Shown piece by piece: positions 51,972-63,022 of a DNA stretch of 64,000 nucleotides (positions are counted from its first letter, which is position 1; the number at the start of each line of letters is the position of its first letter). The notes below the pieces were generated by a model. The model did no database searches, was not told where the DNA came from, and saw nothing but the letters and a program-made list of their open reading frames with translations. A program made the position numbers and the translations under genes. Location: NCBI GenBank assembly GCA_027372655.1, contig DAICVC010000011.1, positions 72,138 to 136,137 of the forward strand. Direction: 5' to 3'. The stretch is from Thermoplasmatales archaeon. Its GTDB lineage: Archaea > Thermoplasmatota > Thermoplasmata > Thermoplasmatales > Thermoplasmataceae.

Positions 51972-52568
51972 TTATCTTCTTAATCTACCATTGGCCCTAA
52001 TTGAGGGTCTACTCTTTGCTGAGTTCTTTCTTCCTGTTCTCAGTCCCCTTCCCTTGTAGCCTGCCGAGGTTAGACCTCTGTAAACTCTCCCCTTATTTTG
52101 CGGCTCAGATATCCACGAAATTCTTTTGTCGTTGTATATCTGTGGTGATGACTTATCTACGAGTATAACTTCATAATATTTGTAGAATCCATCCTCACCA
52201 ACGTAATATGAGTTCAGTACCTCCATGTTGGGGTATCGGTCTGCAGCCCTTTCTTCTGCTATCCATTGAATGCTCTTTTTCCTCGTAAGCTTGGAATAAG
52301 CCAATCTTCTTGGTCTCCTTCCTCCCATTATCTTTGGTCTGTTTGATCCTCCTTTTCTTACCCTTGACCTTACAACTGCGAATCCTGTTTTAGCTTTGTA
52401 TCCTAAGGATCTGGCCCTGTCGAGTCTTGTAGGATATTCCACTCTTTCAACTGCTCCTCCATTTCTCCAGTCAATCATTCTCTGTCGCTGGAAAATAAGA
52501 ATTTCGGATTTTTTTGGATTGTTCCATGTTTCAGCAATATTGCCATATAGATTTGAGCGATTTACCAT
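51972..52568 (-). CDS. rpl15e: 50S ribosomal protein L15e
   Basis: [39 protein letters not shown]. Confidence 0.97.
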   Translation of the reverse strand: MVNRSNLYGNIAETWNNPKKSEILIFQRQRMIDWRNGGAVERVEYPTRLDRARSLGYKAKTGFAVVRSRVRKGGSNRPKIMGGRRPRRLAYSKLTRKKSIQWIAEERAADRYPNMEVLNSYYVGEDGFYKYYEVILVDKSSPQIYNDKRISWISEPQNKGRVYRGLTSAGYKGRGLRTGRKNSAKSRPSIRANGRLRR

Positions 52569-52696
52569 TTCATTCTACCTTGAACTATGCTAGGTGATAT
52601 TTAGCCATAATAAATAATTTTGTTGTTTTTGAATTACAATGGGACATAGGTGTTGTAATTGAGAACATTTATTAAAATTCTTAATATGACCACTTA

Positions 52697-52987
52697 ATGA
52701 AATGCTCACCCATCAGGAAGAGATACGTTGCCATCCAATGCCAGAATGAAACAGAAGGGTATAGGATTTCAGGAGAACTTAAGAGAGTTTTCAGAGCTAA
52801 ATTAAAATTTAAGGATACAGGATATATTATTGTTTTGACAGACCAATTTTTGAAGGAACAACTATGTCGGTTTGTCGAAAACCAGAGTAATGGATACAGA
52901 ATTATTGGTGTTAGCGGCACCGTGAGGGGATGTAAAACCAAGCTTGGCAATTTAAGAGAGAAATATCTGGAAATCCCCAAATTCTAA
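52697..52987 (+). CDS. RNase P protein component Pop5/Rpp14-like
   Basis: RKRYVAI and IIGVSGTVR motifs; adjacent to rpl15e. Confidence 0.65.
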   Translation: MKCSPIRKRYVAIQCQNETEGYRISGELKRVFRAKLKFKDTGYIIVLTDQFLKEQLCRFVENQSNGYRIIGVSGTVRGCKTKLGNLREKYLEIPKF

Positions 52988-54298
52988 GTCATCTGATTTG
53001 GAAACGTATTTCAGATTTTGTAAATTTCTATTTCTTTCATCTATTTGCTTATTGGCATATTCCAAAAAGAGTTTGGGGAAGTCGATCTTAAGTTTGCTCA
53101 TAATTAAGAAAATTGATCTTAGGGCAAGAACATCTTCCCTTGACATGTGCAGGATTTCTGAAAGTGATCTTGCAACCTTCATTTTGGTTCCCCTATTCTT
53201 TTTGCTTTTACTCATCATAGTTAAATAATTGGAAAATCTAAAAGGAATGAACACCCCCCTTTTGGCTTCTATCTTTGTCCACATCAGGGCTTCAAGATCA
53301 GAAAGGTATGCCATCATCCTGAAATATAGAAATCTATGGGCCCTCCTGTCTGTAAGATCTATTTCAGATAAATATTCCATAGCCTCTATAATGGAAGAAA
53401 AATTTCTGGATTGGGTCGGAATATTTTGAGATATCCACAAAATCAATTGCTCTGGAGCTGTGTCAGATTCGTTTATCACATTCTTGACTTTTGAGTATTC
53501 ATCACCGTGAAAGATGAGACGTAAAGTGTCAAAGATTATTGTGGTCGAATCCCTTGAATCTGTTGCACTTGGGTTAAGTGATTTTGAATAAATGTATGCC
53601 TCGCAGTCGTTGATTGCTGCCCTGATATCTGGTATATCGCTTGATATAATTTCTGTAATAATGCTTCTTTCAGGCCTGTATCCATTCCTTTGTGCATAAT
53701 CAATTATTCTGTCTGCCAAGGTAGATAGTATATTCTTGTATTCCAAACCACCTTTTCTCTCAAATATTTTTTTAATTTCTACTGTCTCACAGTAGGATAA
53801 AATTGAGTTCACACTCGAACTTCTCTTTCTCTTAAATTCCTCATATTCATTCATTGTAATTATTATTGGGATCTTAGTCTCTTTCAGTATTTCCGAAATT
53901 GCTTTGTATCCTCCAGTTTCCCCGGTGCCTCCCTTCGATCCCCTCTCATATATATGATCTGCTTCATCTATGAGCGCAACTTTATTTGGCCCCTGTGTTT
54001 TTTCGAATGAGAAAAGATCACCATATCTTGCGAAAAGCCCTACCGTCTTTTTAATAAATTCTTCCGTCCTCACTTCGGAACTGTTGATTTCAATAATTTC
54101 CCAGTTCATAGTTCTTGACAGAGCATATGCGATTGATGTTTTTCCATATCCTGGTGGACCTGAAAGAATGATCCCTTTCTTGATTGGTGTTCCCTCCTGC
54201 CAGGAATTTGCCCACTTTTCTATCTTTTCCCGATCAGGTCTGATCAAAAAAACATCCTTGAACTCCTGCGGGCGAAGTTCCTCGTTGAGAAGACCCAT
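52952..54298 (-). CDS. rfcL: Replication factor C large subunit
   Basis: ELRP, GPPGYGKTS, IEINSSEVR, LIDEAD, PIIITMN, DIRAAIND. Confidence 0.88.
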   Translation of the reverse strand: MGLLNEELRPQEFKDVFLIRPDREKIEKWANSWQEGTPIKKGIILSGPPGYGKTSIAYALSRTMNWEIIEINSSEVRTEEFIKKTVGLFARYGDLFSFEKTQGPNKVALIDEADHIYERGSKGGTGETGGYKAISEILKETKIPIIITMNEYEEFKRKRSSSVNSILSYCETVEIKKIFERKGGLEYKNILSTLADRIIDYAQRNGYRPERSIITEIISSDIPDIRAAINDCEAYIYSKSLNPSATDSRDSTTIIFDTLRLIFHGDEYSKVKNVINESDTAPEQLILWISQNIPTQSRNFSSIIEAMEYLSEIDLTDRRAHRFLYFRMMAYLSDLEALMWTKIEAKRGVFIPFRFSNYLTMMSKSKKNRGTKMKVARSLSEILHMSREDVLALRSIFLIMSKLKIDFPKLFLEYANKQIDERNRNLQNLKYVSKSDDLEFGDFQIFLS

Positions 54299-54383
54299 GT
54301 GCTATAATTACCACCTGCCTTAAAATCTTCACTCTGCTGTTGTAGATCAGCAAAGACAAATATGTGAATTACATAGATGTCCA

Positions 54384-55376
54384 GTGGAAAAAGTTGAATG
54401 TTATAGTCCCCTAAGAGTCAGCTTTTCTGGGGGAGGTACAGATATCTCACCATTCCTTGAGACTCATGGTACAAAGGTTATAAATACCACCATAGACAGG
54501 GGGGTGAGGGTCATTTACACAGATGACAATCATCCCTTGGAAATATCGTCCAGGGATTTCCTTAAAACGGTTATTCTCGGAGAAAGCCATGGACGAAGCT
54601 TTCAGGAGAAAACCCTAGATCTATTTCAAAAATATGGTATTAAAACCGGGAAGATATACATTACAGGCGAAGTCCCGCCCGGATCTGGACTCGGCAGTTC
54701 CAGTGCCATAGTTACTGGCCTTATGAAACTTATATATGAACTGAGGAAGGAAAAAATTGATCCATTGAACCTTGCAATGGAATCATACTCAGAGGAAAAA
54801 AACCTATTTGGGATTACCCTGGGTATCCAGGACCCATATGCCATTTCGATTGGTGGTTTTAAGTACATGGAATCAGACGGAAATAGAACAAAATTCAAAT
54901 TAATCGAAAACCGTTCGTTTCTCTCAAGATTTGATGGGGGAATGATAATCTGCTACACAGGGGGTACGAGGGAAAGTTCGGATGTGTTGAGAGCCCAGGT
55001 ACAGGAGAGTGCAAAGGAGGATAGTGATACAACAAAGAATCTTTTGGAACTGCTAAACCTTTCTAGCCAGAATCTGGAATTCGCCCAGAATGATGATTAT
55101 GATGGATTCTGTAGAAATATCAACACGGGCTGGGAAATTAAGCGCCGTTTGGGTCCAAATGTTAGCAGTTCTATTGTTGAATCTATAATAAATACTGCAA
55201 AGATGTCAGGAGCGAGCGCGGCCAGACTCCTTGGCGGAGGTTCTCAGGGATTTGTTCTGGTATTGGGTAGTAAGGAAAAATTGTGGAATATACAGAGATC
55301 ACTGATGAACCTGTCAGACTTTGTTATAAGAGTCTCTCCCACCTATGAGGGGACCAGAGTTTTGAACGGTCATTAG
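54384..55376 (+). CDS. GHMP kinase (heptose-7-phosphate/fucose kinase-like)
   Basis: PLRVSFSGGGTD, PPGSGLGSSS, GIQDPY, LGGGSQG. Confidence 0.88.
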   Translation: MEKVECYSPLRVSFSGGGTDISPFLETHGTKVINTTIDRGVRVIYTDDNHPLEISSRDFLKTVILGESHGRSFQEKTLDLFQKYGIKTGKIYITGEVPPGSGLGSSSAIVTGLMKLIYELRKEKIDPLNLAMESYSEEKNLFGITLGIQDPYAISIGGFKYMESDGNRTKFKLIENRSFLSRFDGGMIICYTGGTRESSDVLRAQVQESAKEDSDTTKNLLELLNLSSQNLEFAQNDDYDGFCRNINTGWEIKRRLGPNVSSSIVESIINTAKMSGASAARLLGGGSQGFVLVLGSKEKLWNIQRSLMNLSDFVIRVSPTYEGTRVLNGH

Positions 55377-55840
55377 TGGCCTATTAGATGATTTTGAATT
55401 AGATAGGAGTAAATTCTAAACGTCAGTCCCCAGACTATATCATTATTCCATTCCAGGAAATCCCCCTTTGTATCATCGTGATGTTGGATTTCCTCACCTA
55501 TTTTATACCATCCTCCCCTCTCCATTTCATCTCCAACCACAACTGGTAGTTCTTTTTCGGATGAAAATAAAAATGGATACACATTAATCTCCGGAAATCT
55601 CACTGGGTGAAAAATTTGAATTTTGCTGATAAAATGAATGTCTTCTTTGCCAACTGAAGTTTCCTCATGAAGTTCTCTCTCAGCGGCCTCTTTGGGACTC
55701 TCTCCTTGCTTGATGAATCCCCCTGGGAAACACATGTCTCCAGACCAAGGATCCCCAAGTCTCACCTTTCTTTTCAGCAACAGAATATAATTACCACAAG
55801 TCAGAATGCAGACAGATGTTTCCTTCCTTTCACCGGACAC
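55373..55840 (-). CDS. Nudix hydrolase (CoA pyrophosphatase-like)
   Basis: DPWSGDMCFPGG, AERELHEE, IVWGLT. Confidence 0.85.
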   Translation of the reverse strand: MSGERKETSVCILTCGNYILLLKRKVRLGDPWSGDMCFPGGFIKQGESPKEAAERELHEETSVGKEDIHFISKIQIFHPVRFPEINVYPFLFSSEKELPVVVGDEMERGGWYKIGEEIQHHDDTKGDFLEWNNDIVWGLTFRIYSYLIQNHLIGH

Positions 55841-56120
55841 ACAACAGGATGCTATTTATAATTTAAAAATTTTTCAATCATTCTATATAGAATTGAAAAT
55901 CAGAAGACAGTTTAAGAGTTTGAACTGACTGAACTCTGGGAATTCACGATCTTTTATACTGGTGACCTTTGCCAGTCGGCGATCTTACTTGAAATACTGC
56001 GATTCGCCTCGATGAAATACACTCAATATGTTTCTCCTTCGCAAGTCACTTGAATGCGGACTTCTCCTCACTCACCTTATTCCTTTTGCCTTTCTGGTTC
56101 AAAGCCTCTTATTTAACAAC

Positions 56121-56130
56121 ATTTATATAG
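56121..56130 (+). promoter_or_regulatory. Putative TATA box of thermosome gene
   Basis: ATTTATATAG about 30 bp upstream of ATG 56157, consistent with a leaderless or short-leader transcript. Confidence 0.45.
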
Positions 56131-56156
56131 AAGTTTATTTTTACCATGTGATTACT

Positions 56157-57782
56157 ATGATGGGAGGACAACCTATATTTATATTAAAAGAAGGTTCCAA
56201 AAGAGAAACTGGCAAAGATGCCATGAAGGCGAATATTGATGCAGCAAAGGGAATTGCCTCTGCTGTCAGAACCAGTCTAGGACCAAGAGGAATGGATAAG
56301 ATGCTGGTGGACTCTTTAGGGGATATTGTTATAACAAACGATGGTGTAACAATCCTAAAGGAAATGGACGTAGAACATCCAGCTGCCAAGATGATGGTGG
56401 AAGTCTCCAAGACCCAGGATCAGATGGTTGGAGATGGTACCACAACAGCCGTTGTTATTGCTGGAGCTTTACTTCAAGAGGCAGAGGGACTCATTAACCA
56501 GAATGTACATCCAACTGTTATTGCTGAAGGTTACAGAATGGCTGCAGAGAAAGCAAAGGAGATACTGGACTCTGTTGCCACAGACGTAAAAATGTCAGAT
56601 GAGGAAAAAATTGTCAAAATGGCTGAAACTTCCCTGAGCAGCAAGTCTGCATCAGGTAGCAAAAAGGAACTTGCAAAAATTTCATACGATACTATTAAGG
56701 CTGTTGCCGAGAAGAAGGATAAGGGCTTCAGAGTAGATCTTGACAATGTTCAGATTGTGAAAAAGCAGGGAGGAGAAATCGAGGACACACAGTTGATATC
56801 TGGAATTATAGTTGATAAGGAAAAGGTTCACCCAGGAATGCCTGATATCGTGAAAGATGCGAAAATTGCAGTTATGAATGCGGCACTTGAAATTAAAAAG
56901 CCTGAATTTGATACAAATATAAGAATTGATGACCCTACCATGATACAGAAGTTCCTTTCAGAGGAGGAGAAATTGCTGAAGGAAATGGTAAATAAGATTA
57001 AGGAAACGGGCGCAACAGTTCTGATAACTCAAAAGGGAATTGACGACCTTGCCCAACATTATCTATCAAAGGATGGTATTTATGCAGTGAGAAGGGTAAA
57101 GAAGAGCGATATTGAAAAACTTGCCAAGGCAACTGGAGCTTCAATTGCTTCATCAGTGGATGAACTCAGTGCATCTGATTTGGGCAAAGCAAAAAGCGTC
57201 GAGCAGGTAAAAATTGGCGATGATTACCTTACCTTTGTAACAGGATGCGAAAATCCAAAAGCAGTCAGTCTGCTGATAAGAGGTGGCACAGAGCACGTCG
57301 TTGATGAAATTGAAAGGTCTATGGTTGACGCAATTCATGTAGTGGCAGCTGTTATCGAAGATGGAAAATTTGTTTCTGGAGGAGGAGCTTCGGCCATAGA
57401 AATTGCAGTTAAAATGAGGGACTACGCAACAAAAGTTGGTGGAAGACAGCAGCTGGCAATTGAGAAATTTGCCAACGCGATGGAGGAAATCCCAAGAGCA
57501 TTGGCAGAAAATGCAGGAATTAACGCCATTGATATACTGATAAACCTGAGGAAGGCTCACGCAGAAGGCAAGAGCAAATTCGGACTGAATCTTTACTCTG
57601 GGGAAATTGAAGATATGACAAAGGCCGGAGTCATTGAGCCAATAAGAGTTGGAAGACAGGCAATAGATGCTGCAACTGAAGCTGCTGTAATGATTCTTAG
57701 AATTGATGATGTTATAGCAACAAAAGGATCTGGTGGAGGAGCACCTCCTGCAGGTGGAGCGCCGGGAGCAGGAGACGATTAG
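56157..57782 (+). CDS. thsB: Thermosome (group II chaperonin), beta-like subunit
   Basis: [37 protein letters not shown]. Confidence 0.93.
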   Translation: MMGGQPIFILKEGSKRETGKDAMKANIDAAKGIASAVRTSLGPRGMDKMLVDSLGDIVITNDGVTILKEMDVEHPAAKMMVEVSKTQDQMVGDGTTTAVVIAGALLQEAEGLINQNVHPTVIAEGYRMAAEKAKEILDSVATDVKMSDEEKIVKMAETSLSSKSASGSKKELAKISYDTIKAVAEKKDKGFRVDLDNVQIVKKQGGEIEDTQLISGIIVDKEKVHPGMPDIVKDAKIAVMNAALEIKKPEFDTNIRIDDPTMIQKFLSEEEKLLKEMVNKIKETGATVLITQKGIDDLAQHYLSKDGIYAVRRVKKSDIEKLAKATGASIASSVDELSASDLGKAKSVEQVKIGDDYLTFVTGCENPKAVSLLIRGGTEHVVDEIERSMVDAIHVVAAVIEDGKFVSGGGASAIEIAVKMRDYATKVGGRQQLAIEKFANAMEEIPRALAENAGINAIDILINLRKAHAEGKSKFGLNLYSGEIEDMTKAGVIEPIRVGRQAIDAATEAAVMILRIDDVIATKGSGGGAPPAGGAPGAGDD

Positions 57783-57832
57783 ATACAAATAACTAAAAAC
57801 ATTTAATATTTTATTTACGCTCAAGGGACAAG

Positions 57833-59344
57833 TTGCTTTCTACTAAATCTCCTGTGTTGATGTTTCAGACTATAGTATCCTCACTGGCAGGATATATATC
57901 TCTTTTTTTTATACTTCGGTTCATTGGTCCCCTGTACTGGGGATATCTCAGTTACGCTCTCGCTTTTGGAGGAATGCTTTCCTTAATCCTTGATCTAGGT
58001 TTCAATACAACTTATTTGAAATTTGTCTCACAAGATACAGACAAAAAAGCTGATTTAAGCACTATTGTGTTTATCAAAGTAGTTCTGAATCTGATATATG
58101 TTGTCGCTATCGTAGGTTCACTTCTAATCTGGGTTTATGTTCTAAAGAAGGGTTTTGAAAATTCAATAGAATTCTGGGCGATCTTGACCATAATACCCTA
58201 TTTTTCATTTCAAAGTTTAATTCCGGTCTTAACTTCATACTTCAGATCAACATTTCAGTCCTTTAAACTCGCGGTCCCTAGGCTCATAGAATCTTTATTC
58301 AGAAACTTAATTTTTGTGGTTCTTGGAATTCTGTTCATGCTGCACATGGAAGGAAGAATTGGAATTAATGTTGTTATAGTTCTTGCGTTCTTTTACGACG
58401 TATCTTATTTTATGTACCTTGTAATCTTGTTCATGTTTGGGAAACCATGGCATTTCAAAAAGAGCGGGAAAAGGGATTATGCTAAATACATCAAATTTGC
58501 GCTCCCGCTTTCCCTTTCAACAAGTCTTGGCATTATAAATCTGAGTGTTGACAAAATCATTGTCCAGTTCTTCTGGGGTGCTGTAGCCACAGGAGCCCTT
58601 TATGCAGACCAGAGAATGGTATCAATTATAGGTTCCCTCTCTGGACCTGTTGGAATGTTCTTGATTCCTCTCCTCTCTACACATAACGCCAAAGATTCTA
58701 AGGAATACGATAGAGATGTGATAGAGTATGAAAGAATTCTATCGCTTCTAGCCATGCCATTTGTTCTGGCATTCTTCCTACTTTCACCATTTATCCTAAA
58801 CCTTCTTAACGCAACATATATTTCATACTGGCCATCGTTCAGCATAATCGCAGTTGGAGCCTATCTAACTGTCCTGATTCAGCCATTCTCTTCATCAATA
58901 GCCTCAATGGGCAAACAGTGGGTTATGGCAAGAATATCCCTCATTTCCATCGTTTTGAACATTGCGATGAATCTAGTGCTGATACCAAATGAAATATTTG
59001 GTTTTAAGCTGTTTGGACTAGGAGTTGAAGGTGCGACGATTTCTTTCACCGTTTGCCAATTGATATCATATGCTATGAATAAGGAACTTCACCGAAAATT
59101 AAACAAAAATAGGACAAAATCAACATTCTCAATACACCTTTTGATTGCTTTGCCCACTGGAATTTTATTTTTATTTTCCGCTTTCTACGTCAGGCCATAT
59201 CCATTTATGTTGCTGTTTCCAATCGTTCTAGCAGGTTTTGCACTATACGCGCTGATGAGCATACTTACAAAGGAAATCACGATGTATCAGGTAAAGACTA
59301 TTATAAAAAATCTTATTCCAAACAGTCGATCAGGATTGCAATGA
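57833..59344 (+). CDS. Wzx/MATE-like oligosaccharide flippase
   Basis: About 12-14 TM; DLGFNT, VDKIIV, GVEGA motifs. Confidence 0.8.
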   Translation: MLSTKSPVLMFQTIVSSLAGYISLFFILRFIGPLYWGYLSYALAFGGMLSLILDLGFNTTYLKFVSQDTDKKADLSTIVFIKVVLNLIYVVAIVGSLLIWVYVLKKGFENSIEFWAILTIIPYFSFQSLIPVLTSYFRSTFQSFKLAVPRLIESLFRNLIFVVLGILFMLHMEGRIGINVVIVLAFFYDVSYFMYLVILFMFGKPWHFKKSGKRDYAKYIKFALPLSLSTSLGIINLSVDKIIVQFFWGAVATGALYADQRMVSIIGSLSGPVGMFLIPLLSTHNAKDSKEYDRDVIEYERILSLLAMPFVLAFFLLSPFILNLLNATYISYWPSFSIIAVGAYLTVLIQPFSSSIASMGKQWVMARISLISIVLNIAMNLVLIPNEIFGFKLFGLGVEGATISFTVCQLISYAMNKELHRKLNKNRTKSTFSIHLLIALPTGILFLFSAFYVRPYPFMLLFPIVLAGFALYALMSILTKEITMYQVKTIIKNLIPNSRSGLQ

Positions 59345-60100
59345 CCTCACGTAGGTTCGTGAATGTAATATTAACATTACCAATAACGATAAAAACATCA
59401 TCATCAGACCGGAAATCAGGAAATAGTTTGAATATGGAATGTCGAATACGAGTTGTGTAAATTCGTCGTTGAGAATTGGTAAAAAGAGAGTTCCACTGAC
59501 CCATATAAATATTCCCCAGATCAGGCCCCCAAGGAGAAATATAAACCCGCATATTCTAAGAAGGAGGTTATTGAATTCTTTTCCAACTTTTAGGATTCCA
59601 AAAATATAAATGGCAGACAGGATTTCAAAAATGGCAAATATGAGCCCTGAAAGATAGGCAGTGAAGGAATTTATCGCAAAAAATATATTTCCTGACCCAG
59701 ATGTAAAAATGATTATTGAGTGAATCGCAAAGAGTATGCCAAATACAATCAATGAGATGTATCCTATGAATGAGGCCCCTATTTCGCTGGAATACTTTAG
59801 TGATTGACTGCCCCCGCCATAATTTGTATAGACTTTTTCCAGTTTATAAAGACTGCTGGAGAAAATGAAAATTGCGGATATTATTATAATAGACTCGGGA
59901 AAGGTGAAAAAGGAATTGCGCGAATAGATGATGTTTATTATGGACAACACGAGGAACATAAATATTGATATGACTCCAAGATTCAGAAAAGGATTAAAAG
60001 AAGCATCGGAATTAAGTTGCTTGCCTGTGAAGCTTGAAAGGCAGATAGGGCAGTGATCCGAGTTTTCTCTGATGTCAGTTCCGCAAACTGGACATCTCAT
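59330..60100 (-). CDS. Zinc-ribbon membrane protein (DUF973/DUF996-like)
   Basis: MRCPVCG...HCPIC zinc ribbon followed by about 6 TM helices. Confidence 0.7.
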   Translation of the reverse strand: MRCPVCGTDIRENSDHCPICLSSFTGKQLNSDASFNPFLNLGVISIFMFLVLSIINIIYSRNSFFTFPESIIIISAIFIFSSSLYKLEKVYTNYGGGSQSLKYSSEIGASFIGYISLIVFGILFAIHSIIIFTSGSGNIFFAINSFTAYLSGLIFAIFEILSAIYIFGILKVGKEFNNLLLRICGFIFLLGGLIWGIFIWVSGTLFLPILNDEFTQLVFDIPYSNYFLISGLMMMFLSLLVMLILHSRTYVRSLQS

Positions 60101-60134
60101 AGTTATCAATGGTTTGTGTATTAATAAGTTTTGC

Positions 60135-61328
60135 CTAGATATATTCCTTGCCAATGGTCTCTCTGGCAATTATTTGCTTCATTATCTCTCTTGAGCCCTC
60201 GGCAAGCATGAAGGACCTTACACCTCTTAATGCCCATTCCTCAGGGCAATCCTTCGAGTAACCGAACGCACCCTGCCATTGAAGCGCATCATTAATTGCA
60301 TCGAAAGCCCATGTAGTTGATAGCATCTTTGCCTTCGCCACTTCTTTACTTACCTGAAATCTCGTATACTTACCGAATCTCTGCTCCTGATCGTAAATCC
60401 ACAGTGTTTTGTAGCCGAGGTCCAAGGCTGTTTCCATTTTTGCCACGTTGTCTGCGACCTGAAACTGTAATCCCTGGAACTTTGAGAGTGCCTTTCCAAA
60501 TGCAACCCTCTGTTTCAGGTAATTCACTCCCCTATCTATCGATTCTAAGGCTGCACCAGCACTTATTACTGAAATGAGTGCTCTGGCAAATTCAAAGCCT
60601 TCATGTATTATCTTAAAACCCTGGTTTTCTTTCCCTATAATGTAGTGTTCAGGTACTTCCAGATTATTTATCCTAAATGCGCCCCAGCTCGATCCTTCCC
60701 TTCCCATTTCTTCAAGATAGGTAATATCCATATGATCCTCTGTGTAAGGCACATAGATCAGGGATGTTCCAGAGGTTCCAGGCTTAGTTATATCAGTCTT
60801 TGCCACGGTGACAAACCCTCCTCCCTGTTCCTTAATATCTCTGACAAGACTTATGTAACTTTTTTCTCCGTTTATAACAAGACTGTTTCCTGATCTTGCA
60901 GCTACTGTTGTCATCGAAGCGACGTCAGAACCAAATGCTGGCTCTGTTGACGCAATGCCAATATACTTCTTGCCTGTTACAACATCTTGCAATATTTCCT
61001 CTTTCAGCTTTTCACTTCCATACTTTGCCAGTAGGTATGCCCAGGCATTATCCACCAAGAAAAAAACTGGAATTGAAACTGTAGGATCTGCTCTTCCGAT
61101 CTCCTCTGCAACAATACCTATGGTTACCGGATCATATCCGGGTCCACCATATTTTTCTGGAATTGCCATTCCAAGCAGCCCCATTCTTGCCATTCCGTCT
61201 TTTATCTCCTTAGGAATTTTTCTCTTGTTCATCATTTCCTTTATTCGCGGTGTGATTTCTCTCTGACAGAATTCTCGAACTGTTTTTCTTAAAAGTAACT
61301 GTTCCTCGCTAAATGTAAAATCAAGCAT
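60135..61328 (-). CDS. Acyl-CoA dehydrogenase
   Basis: PEKYGG, TEPAFGSD, INGEKSYIS, RVAFGK, EGSREI. Confidence 0.93.
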   Translation of the reverse strand: MLDFTFSEEQLLLRKTVREFCQREITPRIKEMMNKRKIPKEIKDGMARMGLLGMAIPEKYGGPGYDPVTIGIVAEEIGRADPTVSIPVFFLVDNAWAYLLAKYGSEKLKEEILQDVVTGKKYIGIASTEPAFGSDVASMTTVAARSGNSLVINGEKSYISLVRDIKEQGGGFVTVAKTDITKPGTSGTSLIYVPYTEDHMDITYLEEMGREGSSWGAFRINNLEVPEHYIIGKENQGFKIIHEGFEFARALISVISAGAALESIDRGVNYLKQRVAFGKALSKFQGLQFQVADNVAKMETALDLGYKTLWIYDQEQRFGKYTRFQVSKEVAKAKMLSTTWAFDAINDALQWQGAFGYSKDCPEEWALRGVRSFMLAEGSREIMKQIIARETIGKEYI

Positions 61329-61365
61329 TGCATCCCGATTGCTAATTGGTTTAAAAAAGAGTTTG

Positions 61366-62310
61366 TTATTTTATATTTTCGAAGTCTATCTTTGCCTTTG
61401 AAGGATCCTTCGCAAGTAATGATACTCTGCTTTCTTCCCTGTCAGCAACTATTTCATAATTAAGCTTGTATCCGAGATCCTTGGTAAAATCCATAATTTC
61501 CTTGTGAGAGGGCATATTATCAATTGATAATCTCGCAATTGATTGCCCAACATGCACATACCCCTTTGACTCGATGAAATCCGGTGATGCAATATTGTCC
61601 ATCTTTGCATATTCCTCTATAAATGGCATATTGAAATCTTTCACAAGAGTGTGTCTGATAACCTTCCTTGTGTTGAGTGATGGCAACAACTCAAGTGTTT
61701 TTTGGAAATTTTCCCATGCATTCCCCATTGTGGGGTTCAATAGTTCATTAAATGTCTTTTTATCTGGACCTGCTGTTGTTACATATAATTGAGTGGGCAA
61801 CGGTGACAATTTTTCCAGTACCATTGGCAGTGTTCCATTAGTCACCAGAAATGTTGACATGCCCCTCTTGTGCGCAAGTTCGATGAATTCTCCAAGTCTT
61901 GTGTAGAGAGTTGGTTCTCCGGTTAATGAAATTGCTATATGCTTTGGATTGGAAGCTTCCTTCCATTTTTCCTCTTTAACCTTTGGGTTGCCCTTGAAAC
62001 CTGATATCAATTTTAGATGGGCTTTTATGCTTTCCTCCAGAATAAATTCTGGATCATCTTCGTCTCCTATGTGCATTGAGTCAAACCCGTTAAATCTCCA
62101 GCAAAATGAGCAGTTTTCCGTGCATGAATTCAAAGCTGGGGTCATCTGAACACACTGATGTGAATTGATGCCATAGAATGTTCCCTTGTAACATGATTTT
62201 CCACCTGTTAATTCGCTCTTTGTCCAATGGCATACCTTTACAGCTGAATGCTTTCCAACTAGACCGTAATGCTGCTTTTTGTAAACCTGTTCGTATTTAT
62301 TTTCGGTCAC
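61366..62310 (-). CDS. taw1: tRNA 4-demethylwyosine synthase (radical SAM)
   Basis: HSAVKVCHW, CYKGTFYGI, CTENCSFCWR, AISLTGEP, FLVTNG. Confidence 0.93.
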   Translation of the reverse strand: MTENKYEQVYKKQHYGLVGKHSAVKVCHWTKSELTGGKSCYKGTFYGINSHQCVQMTPALNSCTENCSFCWRFNGFDSMHIGDEDDPEFILEESIKAHLKLISGFKGNPKVKEEKWKEASNPKHIAISLTGEPTLYTRLGEFIELAHKRGMSTFLVTNGTLPMVLEKLSPLPTQLYVTTAGPDKKTFNELLNPTMGNAWENFQKTLELLPSLNTRKVIRHTLVKDFNMPFIEEYAKMDNIASPDFIESKGYVHVGQSIARLSIDNMPSHKEIMDFTKDLGYKLNYEIVADREESRVSLLAKDPSKAKIDFENIK

Positions 62311-62446
62311 ATGGCTTTAGTTTAATGTTATATATAACAGTTATAGAAATAGAGGCCATATTTGGACGACCCCGTTAGCATTGCTCTCTTCTTACTCAAA
62401 TAATCCATCCAAGATATTATTATAAATATTGTAGTTATCCCTAAGC

Positions 62447-62995
62447 ATGGCAAATAATAGTTTGTGGATCACAACCAGTCCGGGAGAGAATGCTCCAGAT
62501 GAAGTAAATGCTGTTATTGAGACACCAAAGGGAAGCAGGAATAAATACGAAGTAAATAAGGAAGGCCCAGGCATCATTCTGGACAGAGTCCTGCATTCAT
62601 CTGTAATGTATCCTGCGGATTACGGATTTGTTCCAAGAACGTACTATGATGATGGGGATCCAATCGATATATTGGTTTTAACTTCGTTTCCGCTACATCC
62701 AGGAGTTATAGTTAAGGCACGTCCTATTGGAGTAATGCACATGATCGATGGGGGGGATAAAGATGATAAGATCATTGCAGTTGCCTCAAAAGACCCCATG
62801 AACAAAAAAATTAACGATATCACTGATGTCAATCCACAACTGCTGGCAGAAATTAAAAACTTTTTTGAAACTTACAAAATATTGGAAGGAAAGAAAACGT
62901 CTGTAAGTGATTATGGGAACGCAGAGGAAGCAAGGAAACAAATATCAGGATCAATGAAAAGTTTCGATGAAAAATTTGAAATGGAATTTGATTAA
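62447..62995 (+). CDS. ppa: Inorganic pyrophosphatase (family I)
   Basis: NKYE, LDR, YPADYG, DGDPID, DDKI, FFETYK. Confidence 0.96.
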   Translation: MANNSLWITTSPGENAPDEVNAVIETPKGSRNKYEVNKEGPGIILDRVLHSSVMYPADYGFVPRTYYDDGDPIDILVLTSFPLHPGVIVKARPIGVMHMIDGGDKDDKIIAVASKDPMNKKINDITDVNPQLLAEIKNFFETYKILEGKKTSVSDYGNAEEARKQISGSMKSFDEKFEMEFD

Positions 62996-63022
62996 TTTTT
63001 AAATATTTTACTCAGTTCATTT

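Noticed and set aside
55900-56100. Minus-strand GAGGAGAAGTCC resembling the RNase P RNA GAGGAAAGUCC motif
   Set aside because: Imperfect match, no matching 3' conserved region, and not GC-structured enough
57153-57824. 223-aa minus-strand ORF and many other antisense ORFs in the track
   Set aside because: Shadow ORFs of well-supported genes on the opposite strand (here the thermosome)
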